From an uncultured virus (IMG/VR IMGVR_UViG_3300020048_000022) (Duplodnaviria > Heunggongvirae > Uroviricota > Caudoviricetes), in IMG/VR virus record IMGVR_UViG_3300020048_000022: 64,000 bases of DNA. One strand, given 5' to 3'. The notes beneath the pieces were generated by a model, which saw nothing but the letters and a program-made list of their open reading frames with translations, was not told the DNA's origin and searched no databases. Of this stretch, positions 19,134 through 30,020 are shown piece by piece; the stretch's first letter is position 1; every line of letters starts with the position of its first letter. A program made the translations under genes and the position numbers.

Positions 19134-20147
19134 ATTCTTTTTATTAATTGGTTAAGACAAATATAGAAATTTCTACTTGATTAAAAAAATGATTTTTCAT
19201 CTTTTTCACTTGCTTTATCCATAAGGTGCATTGTGTAAAGACCTACGAAGACAGAAGCGATTACGATGTAATCACCTAAGTGATTTCCGAATACCATCAT
19301 TGTTGTTCCGAATACCATTCCTATAAAGAATAGGCACATTAAAATTGAAGTTTTCATATTGAGATTTGTTTAATTGGTTAAGACAAATATATAGAAACTT
19401 CTACATTATAAAAAATGATTCTTGGAATTTTTAAGAAAATGTTATCATGGCTTTACCATGATCCCGTGGGGTTCCTCATAGAGTTTACCATAGAGTAAAC
19501 TTTAAGAGAAACCTGCAACTGGTAAGTCTCTTGATCATTCTGGGGTTCCTCATTGGTTAATCCTAGCTGTCTTACCAGAATATAGCAATTTTTTTTAACT
19601 CCTTGTGATAGGATAAAGAAAGGTTCATCTACCTGGGGCACCTCAAGAATCCTGATCTGCTCTTGGTCAAATTCTTGGTCCACAAAAAAAGAGGACCTAA
19701 GTCCTCTCTCATTTCATTATAACCCCTTATAATGAAAAGCAAAAATTATTCATCTTCAAGAATTTCTTCTTTTTTAAATTCTTGAGATTGATTTAAGATT
19801 TCTTGTGCATCAAGTATTTCATTGATTTCATTTTGGTTTAGACCTAATTCAATTAAGAATTTTAATTTCTTTTTAATTTCTGGGTTCATATCTTATTTGT
19901 TTAATTGATTAACATTACAAATATATGGATTTTTCTACAATATAAAAAACGATTTCCAAGAATTGTTTTAGGTAAGTATCCAGATCCCGCGGGGTTCCCC
20001 AGAGTGAATCATCAGGTTATCATCTGGAATCACCTGGTAAGTATCCAGACCCGCTGCGGTTCCCCAGGAGAATCTCCTTAGCCACATCCAGAATTCTTAG
20101 CCCACAAAAAAAGGAGTCCGAAGACTCCTCTCTGTTTCCTGACCGGT

Positions 20148-20459
20148 TTACTGTGCCGGCGCCAACTCATTTGAGGTGGTGTAGAAAGTTCTGCGACCTG
20201 TGCGCTTAACTCTGAAAGTTGTTAAGTTGTTTTCGTTAGAAATTTTAACGAAACTTAAAACTGAACCTGGACTTGCGTTGTAGGAATTTCCCAACTCCAT
20301 TTTCAGATTTTTGTATAATCTGATTTTGTGGTCGAAAGCCATTTCGAATTTGTCAAGCGCCATCCAATCTGGAGTTTGCACTTTCTCTTTTTTCTTAGCC
20401 GCATACGCTTTGTTGTAAGCTGCCTTTTTTGCTTTTTGTTCTGCTGATAAAGTTTTCAT
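20148..20459 (-). CDS. basic protein, EQKAKKAAY family paralog 2
   Basis: High identity to 17742-18077, including promoter and terminator DNA. Confidence 0.85.
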   Translation of the reverse strand: MKTLSAEQKAKKAAYNKAYAAKKKEKVQTPDWMALDKFEMAFDHKIRLYKNLKMELGNSYNASPGSVLSFVKISNENNLTTFRVKRTGRRTFYTTSNELAPAQ

Positions 20460-20724
20460 AATTTGTTTTTGTTTAATTGATTAACATTACAAATATAAGT
20501 GGTCTTCTTTGATATTAAAAATGATTTCTGGGAATTTCTTGGAAATTTCCACAAGGGTACTGATCCATCCCTCTGGGGTTCCTACTCTGATCCTTACAGC
20601 GGGGGTTCCTCCAGCTGGACGCGCGGACTCGGCGCGGAATCCGATCCGAATCTTTTTAAATAAAAAAAAGACTCCGAAGAGTCTTTCCTTTTACATCTGA
20701 TAAGTGTTAATCAATCAAAAGTGT

Positions 20725-20955
20725 CTATCTAGTGCTCACTTTAATAGTGAATAATTTGTCTTGCATACCTGCTAGGTCAACCATATCTCTGACCTTCTTA
20801 GCAGTTTCCTCGTGGTTATACCCAAACACTTCTATAATGTATTTAGCCTTACCTTCTTTAGTGCCTCCTCTAACAAAGTATTCTCTAGAAGGTTCAGTGG
20901 TTCTTCTCACTCTGTTGTCCTTAGTACTCACATAGAATGTGTCTGTGTTTGCCAT
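20725..20955 (-). CDS. hypothetical protein
   Basis: Own promoter, leader and terminator. Confidence 0.75.
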   Translation of the reverse strand: MANTDTFYVSTKDNRVRRTTEPSREYFVRGGTKEGKAKYIIEVFGYNHEETAKKVRDMVDLAGMQDKLFTIKVSTR

Positions 20956-21143
20956 AATGAAGTTTTAATTGGTTTACTTAGCTAATGTAAAATAAATGCT
21001 TTAAATTAAAAAATGATTTCTGAGATTTTATTGGAAATACCCTCTCGTACGCACGCACGTACGCACGCGTCCCCCGGAGGGGCTCTCGTCATTATAGCCT
21101 TCAGGGTTAGTCCCCTGTGCTTACTTAATGACGAGAGAGTGTG

Positions 21144-21344
21144 TTAATCATCCAGCTCCATCAGAGAGACATCCCAATCTCCGTATCTGTCTCTGAAGGT
21201 TACACCACCGTGAATGTTTGGACCCACTTCGCCTATCCAGTCTTGTATACCCATTCGATCTTCTGGATGCACTTTAGAGTTCCATTCGGATAGGTCCTTT
21301 CTTACTAAGTCCCACCATTCTTGTTTTGAGATTGCTCCTGGCAT
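21144..21344 (-). CDS. hypothetical protein
   Basis: Last of a three-gene unit. Confidence 0.65.
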   Translation of the reverse strand: MPGAISKQEWWDLVRKDLSEWNSKVHPEDRMGIQDWIGEVGPNIHGGVTFRDRYGDWDVSLMELDD

Positions 21345-21349
21345 ATGTT

Positions 21350-21571
21350 TTAGTTTAATTCGATCTTTTCTTTTTTCATTTTCTTACAATGCTCGCACTC
21401 ATAGAATTTTACATATCCCACTTGAACTTCTTGACCATTGCGGAAGGTATTAATTGTTGCGTTTTTAAAAAGAACCCAGTTGTGTTTGCATTGGGGGTTA
21501 ACTGCCTGTCTGATTAGATACCCAATTCCCAATCCGAACACTAAGCAAAAAATATAAACCGCTATTAACAT
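21350..21571 (-). CDS. membrane-anchored protein with C.H.W and CxxC motifs
   Basis: N-terminal TM segment; CKHNW and CEHC. Confidence 0.7.
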   Translation of the reverse strand: MLIAVYIFCLVFGLGIGYLIRQAVNPQCKHNWVLFKNATINTFRNGQEVQVGYVKFYECEHCKKMKKEKIELN

Positions 21572-21576
21572 CTTCT

Positions 21577-21789
21577 TTATTTTTTAGTGGATAACTCTTT
21601 AATCATTTGACATATGCTTTCTTCTAACTTCTCTGGATCTTCTAAAGCTTCTAGCAATCTTCCTTGAATCGAATGCTTAATAACTACCTCCATCTTCTCT
21701 GCATACTCGTAAGACTCTTTAGGTCCATTTCCGCCTCTGCATAAAACCGTGTTCTCTAAAGCTATTTTAATTGTTGCTGATACTGACAT
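21577..21789 (-). CDS. hypothetical protein
   Basis: Class-I promoter at about 21814-21850. Confidence 0.7.
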   Translation of the reverse strand: MSVSATIKIALENTVLCRGGNGPKESYEYAEKMEVVIKHSIQGRLLEALEDPEKLEESICQMIKELSTKK

Positions 21790-21857
21790 TCTTATTTTGT
21801 TAATTGGTTAACTCAAATATATGGAATTTTCTACTTAGAAAAAAATGATTCTTGGAA

Positions 21858-22076
21858 TTATCTTTCAAGTATTACAAATGCTCCGAAGTAGTTATCAAAC
21901 ACTTGAAGTGCGTTCTCATAATCTCCTGACATCATCTCTTTGTGAATCACACTAGCATCTAAGTCTAATTGTCTTGCAAATCTTTTAGCGTATCCCATAA
22001 GGGCAAACACATTACCATCAGGTCCAGTTAAATCGATAACGATTGGTCCTTCTTTAGCTTCTTTCTTTCTTATCAT
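21858..22076 (-). CDS. conserved phage hypothetical protein
   Basis: IDLTGPDGN.FALMG...M.SGDY motif common in phages. Confidence 0.8.
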   Translation of the reverse strand: MIRKKEAKEGPIVIDLTGPDGNVFALMGYAKRFARQLDLDASVIHKEMMSGDYENALQVFDNYFGAFVILER

Positions 22077-22185
22077 TTGGTTTGTTTAATTGATTAACAT
22101 TACAAATATATAGAATTTTCTACAAAGTAAAAAATGATTTCCAAGAATAATAATCATGTCAATATAACATGATTGACATGATACT

Positions 22186-22262
22186 CCTGGGGTTCCCCAA
22201 GAATTCTTGCATGTGCTACCAGAAAAACTTCAGCACACAAAAAAGGAGACATGAAGTCTCCT
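22186..22262. repeat. unit-boundary element: GGGGTTCCCC box, spacer, CACAAAAAA and hairpin (representative)
   Basis: CCTGGGGTTCCCCAAGAATTC(T/C)TGCATGTGCTA(C/T)CAGAAAA near-identical at 22186, 23434 and 25507. Confidence 0.85.
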
Positions 22263-22285
22263 TTAATGATTTTAGCGTTTGTGTT

Positions 22286-22675
22286 TTAGATTTCTATGTG
22301 AGGAGCTTTTGATTTAAGCTCATCAACATAAGAGTTTAACTCTTCTACAGTATTGAAGTGAATCTGTTTAGAAGACTTATCGTTCATGCAGATTGTACAA
22401 TGAGGTTTTTCATAAAGCACATCATCTTCACCGAAGTAATAATACTCACTTTTAAAATCTTTTAATTCACAAACAAATCCCTGACGATCTTCAAAAAGAC
22501 CTGATGTTCTTACCACTGCTACTGGAATGATTTCATACACAGGGAAGATCAAATACTTACGACCAACTTTATGTTTGAAGTTTCTCTCTATTGAAAGAGA
22601 GCATTCAAATCTATGAGGCTCGTGTTTAGGGTGTACATTTACTCTTGTGATTGAATGATTAAATAAAATTGCCAT
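22286..22675 (-). CDS. hypothetical protein
   Basis: Own promoter and terminator. Confidence 0.75.
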   Translation of the reverse strand: MAILFNHSITRVNVHPKHEPHRFECSLSIERNFKHKVGRKYLIFPVYEIIPVAVVRTSGLFEDRQGFVCELKDFKSEYYYFGEDDVLYEKPHCTICMNDKSSKQIHFNTVEELNSYVDELKSKAPHIEI

Positions 22676-22835
22676 ATTGTCTTTGTTTAATTGATTAACT
22701 AAGCAAATATATAGAAACTTCTACATTATAAAAAATGATTCTTGGAAAAATTGGGAAACAAAAAAAAGAGATATGAATCTCTTTTTTAAAGATAAGAAAA
22801 TGCTCTATCTCAAACCCGTGGGGAGCCTCAGGTGA

Positions 22836-23411
22836 TTACTTACTCCCGCTTCCTTTTGGCCCTGATGCGTGTTTATCTACAATTATCTTCTCAACACCGC
22901 GTTTTGTTATATGTGGAAATTGTTTAGGAAATTTTTTGCCGGTTCTTTTAATGAAATATCCAGTTCCATTAATATATTCGGTCAACATATTTCTTAATTT
23001 AACTGCAATTGTTATTGGTTCTTTTGTCTCAATTTTATCTAAATATTTAGTTACTAATTCTGTCCAATCTTTTTTTGTCTTAGGATCCTGTTGGTTAGGT
23101 GCACTAAACAGACCAGCAAATTTATTAAAGATGTTATTCATTCCTTCATCGATATCATCAATTTCGTTATAATCTTCATTAATCTTTGCTTTGTAATCTG
23201 CAATTAAGTATTCTAAATCTTGAATCATATCTTTTAAAGACTTAGGTTTGCTTCCGAAGGTACCTTCTGCAAAGTTTGGTCTAGCAACTGTGTCTTGAAC
23301 TAATACTCTTTCAACATCAGTTTTGAAATCTTTTAACATCATATCTTGTTGTTCTGAAAGATTGTTAGAGTTATCTTCGTTTATGAAGTCTCCGAATTTA
23401 AGTATTTCCAT
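22836..23411 (-). CDS. hypothetical protein, MEILKFGDFINE N-terminus
   Basis: Start reassigned downstream of GATATATA; the ORF-track extension runs through the boundary element. Confidence 0.75.
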   Translation of the reverse strand: MEILKFGDFINEDNSNNLSEQQDMMLKDFKTDVERVLVQDTVARPNFAEGTFGSKPKSLKDMIQDLEYLIADYKAKINEDYNEIDDIDEGMNNIFNKFAGLFSAPNQQDPKTKKDWTELVTKYLDKIETKEPITIAVKLRNMLTEYINGTGYFIKRTGKKFPKQFPHITKRGVEKIIVDKHASGPKGSGSK

Positions 23412-23532
23412 AGTTAATATTTTATGTATATATCCTGGGGTTCCCCAAGAATTCTTGCATGTGCTATCAGAAAACATTAGCACACAAAAAATCCCAAGAT
23501 CTCTCTTGGGATTTTTCATAGTTTAATCTGGA

Positions 23533-23754
23533 TTAGTAAATTTCATGTCCACATCTTAAAGGTGTACCGTCAGAGTTCATGACCTGAATTGTGCCTCTTC
23601 GATGAGGTAGAGTTTTATAAACGAATCCGTTCTCACACTCTATAGAATAGTCAAAGTGCATACCCTCTTCGTAGGGATCTTTTTGACTCTCACAGTAACC
23701 AGCAAGAATGAATACTGCGATTAGTCCAAGAAATAAAATTGCCATGGCCTTCAT
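23533..23754 (-). CDS. putative lipoprotein or exported protein
   Basis: Signal-like N-terminus ending LAGYC; C.NG.VY. Confidence 0.65.
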   Translation of the reverse strand: MKAMAILFLGLIAVFILAGYCESQKDPYEEGMHFDYSIECENGFVYKTLPHRRGTIQVMNSDGTPLRCGHEIY

Positions 23755-23954
23755 TGCTTATCTGATAATTCGTTATTCAAATTTCTTAACTCATTCAATG
23801 AAAGCTCTTGAGCAACAATGATATCTGATAGCCTTTTGTAAGCTGCCACATCGTATGACTCCCTGAGCAAATCGATTGTGGATTCTGTGTTTGCGATTGC
23901 CTGAAGTACTCTCTTACTCACTTGGTCTTTTTCTTCTTCTGTTGCTTTTGCCAT
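23751..23954 (-). CDS. hypothetical coiled-coil protein
   Basis: Class-I promoter upstream. Confidence 0.7.
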   Translation of the reverse strand: MAKATEEEKDQVSKRVLQAIANTESTIDLLRESYDVAAYKRLSDIIVAQELSLNELRNLNNELSDKQ

Positions 23955-24157
23955 TTTCTTTTTCTTTAATTGGTTCTCTCAAATATATGGAATTTTCTAC
24001 AATATAAAAAATGATTCCAAATTATCCTCCGGAGATCTGCTGGAGATCTGCTGGAGATAATCTCTGGGGTTCCCCACGAAGTTCCCACAGCTACGTGGGA
24101 AATCTTAGGTCACAAAAAAGGAGTCCTAAGACTCCTTCCACCCTAAAATAATTCCGG

Positions 24158-24472
24158 TTATTGAGCCGGAACTAATTCGTTAGATGTCGTGTAAAAAGTT
24201 CTGCGACCAGTTCTTTTAACTCGGAAAGTGATTAAGTTGTTTTCGTTAGAAATTTTAACGAAGCTTAAAACTGAACCAGGACTCGCACAGTAAGAATTTT
24301 CCAACTGCATTTTTAAGTTCTTGTATAAACGAACTTTGTGTGCGAAAGCCATTTCGAATTTGTCCTCATTGAAAACCATTACGTTTTCAGTTGACTGAGC
24401 TTTTTTCTTCGCTCTGTAAGCTTTGTCGTAAGCTGACTTTTTCGCTTTTTGTTCTGCTGTTAAGTTTTTCAT
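24158..24472 (-). CDS. basic protein, EQKAKK family paralog 3
   Basis: High identity to paralogs 1 and 2. Confidence 0.85.
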   Translation of the reverse strand: MKNLTAEQKAKKSAYDKAYRAKKKAQSTENVMVFNEDKFEMAFAHKVRLYKNLKMQLENSYCASPGSVLSFVKISNENNLITFRVKRTGRRTFYTTSNELVPAQ

Positions 24473-24696
24473 AATTGGGTTTTTTTAGTTATTGTTTAAT
24501 TGATTAACATTACAAATATAAGTAGAATCTTCTAATATAAAAAACGATTTCTTGGAATTTCTTGGAATTTTTTCCAGGGGTTTAAAGGGGTTTCGTGGGG
24601 GTTCCTCAGGAAACCTGATCCAGACCAGGTGAAAACATAGGGTCACAAAAAAGGACCCGAAGGTCCGTTTCCGTTTCCGCGATGCGATCGCCCTAG

Positions 24697-25023
24697 TTAT
24701 TTTCTATTAAATAATAATTGTGTTGCTGCATTAAGGTCGTGAATCCCTTCATCATCATCCTTATCACATTTAACCCATTGTCCATTATTCCATTTACAGA
24801 ATAGGTCATTTTCTTCAGCAACTAGACGGGTTCTTTCCCAAGCCACACCAGTATGGATTTCTTTCTGATAATCTCCATATTCCGGACAGTCACATGAGAG
24901 TCGTTGGGCTTCACATTCTGTACACCTTTCAATGTCACATCCATTAAGGTGAGCCTGTCCAGGTTCAACACCACAATCGTAACATGGTTCCTTTGGAAAA
25001 TCTTTAACTAATAACACACCCAT
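24697..25023 (-). CDS. Cys-rich putative zinc-binding protein
   Basis: CYDCGV.PG..H..GCD.ERC..C..Q..SC.C. Confidence 0.75.
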   Translation of the reverse strand: MGVLLVKDFPKEPCYDCGVEPGQAHLNGCDIERCTECEAQRLSCDCPEYGDYQKEIHTGVAWERTRLVAEENDLFCKWNNGQWVKCDKDDDEGIHDLNAATQLLFNRK

Positions 25024-25141
25024 AGCTTTTATTTTAAGTAAATATATAGATTTTTCTAAGAATAAAAAAATGATTTAGTGAAAAAACCCCTTCGCGAGCA
25101 CGCATACGCAAGTCCCCCTCCTAAGGTCCCCAGGGGGTTAA

Positions 25142-25426
25142 TCACCTTTTAATTAGATCGTAAGTTCTTCTCCCTTCATTATAAACGAATTTGTGAGAAA
25201 TCGTTTTAGCAAATTCCTTTATGTCCTTAACCATTCTTTTGAAGTCGGAGCATTTCTTAGCATACTCTTTCTCTTCAGCTGAACGAGATTTAGCTGGTGA
25301 ATCCACCCAATAATCATTTACCTTTCCCTCAGCGAAGTATAATGCTTCCCCTAAATCTTTTCCTTTGAATCCTTCATCTGAAAGGTCATCGATTATCTTC
25401 GCAGTGTAAACTTTAATTATCAGCAT
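25142..25426 (-). CDS. hypothetical protein
   Basis: Own promoter. Confidence 0.7.
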   Translation of the reverse strand: MLIIKVYTAKIIDDLSDEGFKGKDLGEALYFAEGKVNDYWVDSPAKSRSAEEKEYAKKCSDFKRMVKDIKEFAKTISHKFVYNEGRRTYDLIKR

Positions 25427-25608
25427 ATCCTTTTTATTTACTTAGCTAATATATAGATTTTTCTACAAAGTAAAAAATGATTCCTGAATCAGTCCTACAT
25501 CTTTTTCCTGGGGTTCCCCAAGAATTCCTGCATGTGCTACCAGAAAACCTTAACACACAAAAAACCCCAAGATTTCTCTTGGGGTTTGAATTAAACTTCA
25601 GTCAGGTC

Positions 25609-25824
25609 TCAATTATCTTCTGGAGGAGGTGGATTTCTATGTCCAGGCATATTTGATTCTTTTACTTCTTCTTTTACTTCTTCTTTGTCTTCCTGAGTGT
25701 ATTCTCTGTAGCCTATACCTATTCCGAATGCTGAAATTGCAATTACGATAGGGTAGTTCTCGAATAGAGTAAGACCGATAAGTGCAAGTATTGTGATGAT
25801 AAGATAATAAGTTTTAGTTTTCAT
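25609..25824 (-). CDS. small membrane protein
   Basis: Likely start MKTKTYY; two TM segments. Confidence 0.6.
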   Translation of the reverse strand: MKTKTYYLIITILALIGLTLFENYPIVIAISAFGIGIGYREYTQEDKEEVKEEVKESNMPGHRNPPPPEDN

Positions 25825-26176
25825 AGTTTTCAATTTCGTGTTTGTATTTAGGGAATTTAATAATTTCATCGTACCATTTAAAATTGTCAAGGTCTTCGTC
25901 TTTCATTGTATGAAGCAAAGATAAGTATTCCATTCCAGATTCGTAATAATTACTTACGAACCATTTGATTCTTTCTTCGTATGTTAAACCGTCCCAACCA
26001 ATTCCTCCGAAGTTGTAGTTGCCTTTTTTAATCTCTTCAAGTTCTTTAGCGCAAGCTTCTTCGTACTTCGGATGTGTTCTTTCAATCTCTCTACACGGAA
26101 TACAAATAGTCTGTGTATTAAACATAGACATTGTCGTTGTATTTGTTTCAATATTACATCTTTCACATTTGCACAT
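25814..26176 (-). CDS. putative zinc-binding phage protein
   Basis: CERC...TMSMFNT..IC..C...E..HP.Y. Confidence 0.75.
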   Translation of the reverse strand: MCKCERCNIETNTTTMSMFNTQTICIPCREIERTHPKYEEACAKELEEIKKGNYNFGGIGWDGLTYEERIKWFVSNYYESGMEYLSLLHTMKDEDLDNFKWYDEIIKFPKYKHEIENYEN

Positions 26177-26236
26177 AGAACTGAGTTAATTGGTTAATGC
26201 AAATATATGGAATTTTCTACAAAGAAAAAAATGATT

Positions 26237-26428
26237 CTACAAAAATCCATCCATAATAACAACAAGATGTTTAGAGATTTCATCTAGTAACTCACCTTCG
26301 TATCCATAGCACTGGACAGTTTGTTTAGCTTGTTGTAAATCAATCACACCATGTACAAGATCTCCGTGCTCCTCGTAAATATCCTCCGCAATATTTTGAG
26401 CTTCTAATTCAATTTCTTCCTTTGACAT
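26237..26428 (-). CDS. hypothetical protein
   Basis: Own promoter. Confidence 0.65.
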   Translation of the reverse strand: MSKEEIELEAQNIAEDIYEEHGDLVHGVIDLQQAKQTVQCYGYEGELLDEISKHLVVIMDGFL

Positions 26429-26602
26429 ACTTTCCTATTTGATTACTAAGCTAATATAGAAATTTCCATACAAAGAAAAAAATGATTTCTAATCTAATCC
26501 TTTATACAGAACGAAGTAGATAAATGCTATGCACACTGCGGCAATACATACAATTGCAGACACTTGAGCTGCTGGGTGTAAACTTTCCATAACTATTCTT
26601 TA

Positions 26603-26938
26603 TTAATCTTCGTAAATTGAAATCCATTCGATCTTCTTGTCGAGGGTATCAAACAAATCCTCTAAGTAAACATCTTCGATCTTCTCCTTAATGTTACCGT
26701 GTGTACTTGTAATGTAGATATCAAATAAGTCCAGACCATTAACGAACAGATAAACATGTCCTTTATGATGGTGCCCGTTAACTTTAAAACGAAGACCTCT
26801 GTCTCTAACGTTAACAAAATTCTGTGAACCCCAAGACCAGAATTTAGATCCGTGTCCATAAAAGAACTTCACTAGCCCATTAACGTCTAAGTCTCTTGAA
26901 CTCTTCGCTATCTTTAGCGGATCGATTTTCTCTGCCAT
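26603..26938 (-). CDS. conserved phage hypothetical protein
   Basis: SWG, L.FKVNG.HHKG.V, DL.DI, VY.EDL...LD..IE. Confidence 0.75.
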   Translation of the reverse strand: MAEKIDPLKIAKSSRDLDVNGLVKFFYGHGSKFWSWGSQNFVNVRDRGLRFKVNGHHHKGHVYLFVNGLDLFDIYITSTHGNIKEKIEDVYLEDLFDTLDKKIEWISIYED

Positions 26939-26940
26939 GT

Positions 26941-27300
26941 TTACTTCTTTTTAAATTGTTCAAGTATTCTTTGTTTAGCATCACTGAAAGTCTCGCCTTC
27001 ATTGTCTTCACAACTTAACCAAGCTTCTGAAATAATCTCATTAACTTCTTCCTCACTATACATTCTTTCAGCTTGGTATTTAGCACCATTCATAAAAGCA
27101 AGTCTTCTAATTAAAGCTTGTTCTATAGTCCAAACATCACCTTCAGGATAATTGTTTATAGCCGCTTCTTTAAGTGTTTCTTGTTTAGATTCTTCTTGTG
27201 GAATTATAATACAATCACAAGTTTTAAATCCACTAATTGTAGTAGATGAAACTACTTGTCCTGTTCCTTCACAAAATAAACAAGGTTCTTCTTTTTCCAT
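26941..27300 (-). CDS. hypothetical protein
   Basis: CxxC.G.G N-terminus; KQETLKEAA and ERMYSEEEV. Confidence 0.7.
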   Translation of the reverse strand: MEKEEPCLFCEGTGQVVSSTTISGFKTCDCIIIPQEESKQETLKEAAINNYPEGDVWTIEQALIRRLAFMNGAKYQAERMYSEEEVNEIISEAWLSCEDNEGETFSDAKQRILEQFKKK

Positions 27301-27409
27301 AACTATTTATGTTTTCTATTAATACTTAATCCTAATATTAAACCAGCTATAATTCCAACCATTAACATTACTGTATCTAAATTCATACTACTTACGTTTT
27401 AAAATTAAA

Positions 27410-27649
27410 TCACTTCTTTAGTTTATTTAAACCGTCCTTAATCTTATCTCTATCAACTCCCATCGCAAATAGTATCAGAACAACTCCTAATGCAACAGCG
27501 AGTATAAAGAATACCAAAGCAATCGGAATCCATATCGGAGATGTGACCCAAACCCAAGACCAATCGATAACTCCAGTTAGCTTAAGAATAACTAGGATTA
27601 GAGTTATCAATGGTAGTGATACCGAGCAACCTGATTTTTTATTAGACAT
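27410..27649 (-). CDS. small membrane protein
   Basis: LKLTGVIDWSWVWV.SPIW. Confidence 0.75.
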   Translation of the reverse strand: MSNKKSGCSVSLPLITLILVILKLTGVIDWSWVWVTSPIWIPIALVFFILAVALGVVLILFAMGVDRDKIKDGLNKLKK

Positions 27650-27651
27650 AA

Positions 27652-27930
27652 TTAGAGTTTTTCGATTTTAAAATTTTTAGAAATCTGTCCGGCAATTTCT
27701 GCATCTATTTTCAAATGATGAAGAGCCGCACGATAGTTTGGATTCGATATCCAGCTCATATGATTCATAGCCACAGTAGATACTGTTTCACTAAGAATTT
27801 TTCCAATAGCTTCATATTCATACGAGTCTAATACATCTCTTGATGTCTCTTTTACCAAATCTGGACTAGCATCTCTAAAGAAGGCTTCAAAATCTATATC
27901 CAATTCGATTGTTACTTTGAACTTTGACAT
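27652..27930 (-). CDS. hypothetical protein
   Basis: Co-oriented ORF. Confidence 0.65.
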   Translation of the reverse strand: MSKFKVTIELDIDFEAFFRDASPDLVKETSRDVLDSYEYEAIGKILSETVSTVAMNHMSWISNPNYRAALHHLKIDAEIAGQISKNFKIEKL

Positions 27931-28154
27931 AATTTAAAATTGTATAAGATCGATAACTAGTTCTCCTGTCTTCTTTCCGCCTTTCGTAATTTCATAATTA
28001 GGATCCATACCTGAATTAATTACGTCCTCAATAAGTTGATCTAAGGTCGAGAATGTTTTAGTGTAATACACGCAATCTAATGAGTACATAGTTTTTTGTT
28101 TAATTGATTAACATTACAAATATATGGAATTTTCCAAGAATAAAAAAATGATTT

Positions 28155-28529
28155 CTAAGAATTTACATAGAGTCTATTTCCTCTACTCTCTATACGATCA
28201 AACTCTTTTCCATCAGAGTTAACCTCTTGATAATCCCAACATGGCTTAACCCTAGGATTGTATCTGAGTCTGGATGTCTCTATGATATCTTTCTGAGGAA
28301 CCCCAGTGATTTTCATCTCTTCACATAATACCCATGCACACACAGTTTTACTCTCCCCTTGAAATATCTTCTCTGCTTGTTTAGCATTATTACTTAACTT
28401 ACACTTCATCATTATAAGAGAAACTTCATCTGGTGATAAGTATTCGATAGTGCCATCGGGGAAGACACACTTCCATTTCATATAGTTCTTCCCTCTGGAT
28501 AAATTGAATCTAACTTTTATTCTAGCCAT
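28155..28529 (-). CDS. hypothetical protein
   Basis: 124-aa ORF; KTVCAWV, YNPR. Confidence 0.7.
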   Translation of the reverse strand: MARIKVRFNLSRGKNYMKWKCVFPDGTIEYLSPDEVSLIMMKCKLSNNAKQAEKIFQGESKTVCAWVLCEEMKITGVPQKDIIETSRLRYNPRVKPCWDYQEVNSDGKEFDRIESRGNRLYVNS

Positions 28530-28631
28530 GCTTATTTTACCTGGGGTTCCTCAGAGAGTTTCACTAGCAGCAACAAAACCTTCACACACAAAAAAGGAGA
28601 CCTAAGTCTCCTCCCTTGCTTGGGGTGTTAA

Positions 28632-28829
28632 TCAATTAAATTGACCCAAATTTATCTTCTTATCTAAATACTTTAACTTATTCTTATCATTTAATTTCAA
28701 ATCCTGCTTAGTGTGATTACATCCACATGATCCAAAATTAACTTCGTGTTTCATACCAGTCATATCACATGTAAATGTTCTAATTTCAGATTTAATTAAG
28801 CTCCCACATTCATTGCATTTAGTATTCAT
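28632..28829 (-). CDS. small Cys-containing protein
   Basis: CNECG and C.C; own promoter and terminator. Confidence 0.65.
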   Translation of the reverse strand: MNTKCNECGSLIKSEIRTFTCDMTGMKHEVNFGSCGCNHTKQDLKLNDKNKLKYLDKKINLGQFN

Positions 28830-29033
28830 GACTTATGTTTTAATTGGTTAATACAAATATAAGTACTTCCCTTTGATATAAAAAATGATTCTTAGAAAAA
28901 TTTGGAAAAAGTGTTTAGGGCCATCCTAAAGTTCCTGGGGTTCCCCAAGAGATCTGATCAGGAAATGTTTGAAAACCTTACCCCACAAAAAAACCCCGAT
29001 GATCCGGGGTGGTGCCGTGCCGTGGCGAGCCGA

Positions 29034-29354
29034 TTAGCTATACGGATCCAAATCAGGATTAGGTATTAGTCTCCAGCTCTTCTCCGCACCAGGTAGATTA
29101 GTTAACCTCAGAGTTTCTACCGAGCCTTTTAGATTATCTAAAGCTTCTATAAAAAGACCATCATCCAAATCTGCTTGTATCGAAGCGGCAGTTTCTTCTG
29201 AAATATCAACAATGAATACTATTGCGTGTCTGTGTCTGTTAGCACCTGCTCTTAAATCAAGTACCATAGCTTGAACTGAATGATTAATATCAGTAGGATC
29301 TCCTTGAATGAAGCTTTCAATCCCGTGTGCATCTGCAATTCCGAAGTATTTCAT
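29034..29354 (-). CDS. hypothetical protein
   Basis: Own promoter and terminator. Confidence 0.75.
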   Translation of the reverse strand: MKYFGIADAHGIESFIQGDPTDINHSVQAMVLDLRAGANRHRHAIVFIVDISEETAASIQADLDDGLFIEALDNLKGSVETLRLTNLPGAEKSWRLIPNPDLDPYS

Positions 29355-29514
29355 AGTGTGTTGTTTAATTATTAAGCTAATATATGGATTTTTCTACAAT
29401 ATAAAAAATGATTTGATGAAAAACCTCTCGCGTACGCACGTATGCGCAAGTCCCCCTCCTGAGGTCCCTGCACAAAAAAAGGGACCGAAGTCCCTTTCTT
29501 AATCATTACTGGAT

Positions 29515-29949
29515 TTAAAACCATGTCAGAAAGTAGTTAACTAATCCAGAGGTGTTATTGAAATGTACTAAGAAGATGTCTGCTATAACCGTAGCACAGA
29601 CTAATCCATCTATAATCTTAATACCTAATCTAAGCTTACTATACTCAAGCTTGAATCGTTTTAGTATACTAGATGTAATTCCAGATACTAGTCCCATTAT
29701 CACGAGTATTAAGAACGATTCCCATTGGGAGGCAAATGCTAGACCTATAAACGTCCAGAGCAAATATCCTATATGCAAAAAAACGAATAGGCATCCATTC
29801 ATAGATTCACTCTTGGGCTTCTCCTTGTCCTCGTGAAATTCTTTACTCGAATACTTCTTTAATCGATCTACCTCTTTTTGAGGATTAAGAAATGTCGTAA
29901 ATTCATAGAAGAAGAAAACGATCGCTAAAAAGAAAAAAATACTTGTCAT
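29515..29949 (-). CDS. multi-pass membrane protein
   Basis: Start likely MTSIFF, downstream of the promoter; about four hydrophobic segments. Confidence 0.7.
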   Translation of the reverse strand: MTSIFFFLAIVFFFYEFTTFLNPQKEVDRLKKYSSKEFHEDKEKPKSESMNGCLFVFLHIGYLLWTFIGLAFASQWESFLILVIMGLVSGITSSILKRFKLEYSKLRLGIKIIDGLVCATVIADIFLVHFNNTSGLVNYFLTWF

Positions 29950-30020
29950 AATAAATAATTTAATTGGTTTACTTAGCAAATATATAGAATTTTCTACAAT
30001 ATAAAAAATGATTCATGAAA

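Noticed and set aside
24029..24060. Short tandem repeats GGAGATCTGCT here and CGGAATCCGA near 45630-45671
   Set aside because: Not shared between sites; likely local slippage in boundary spacers.
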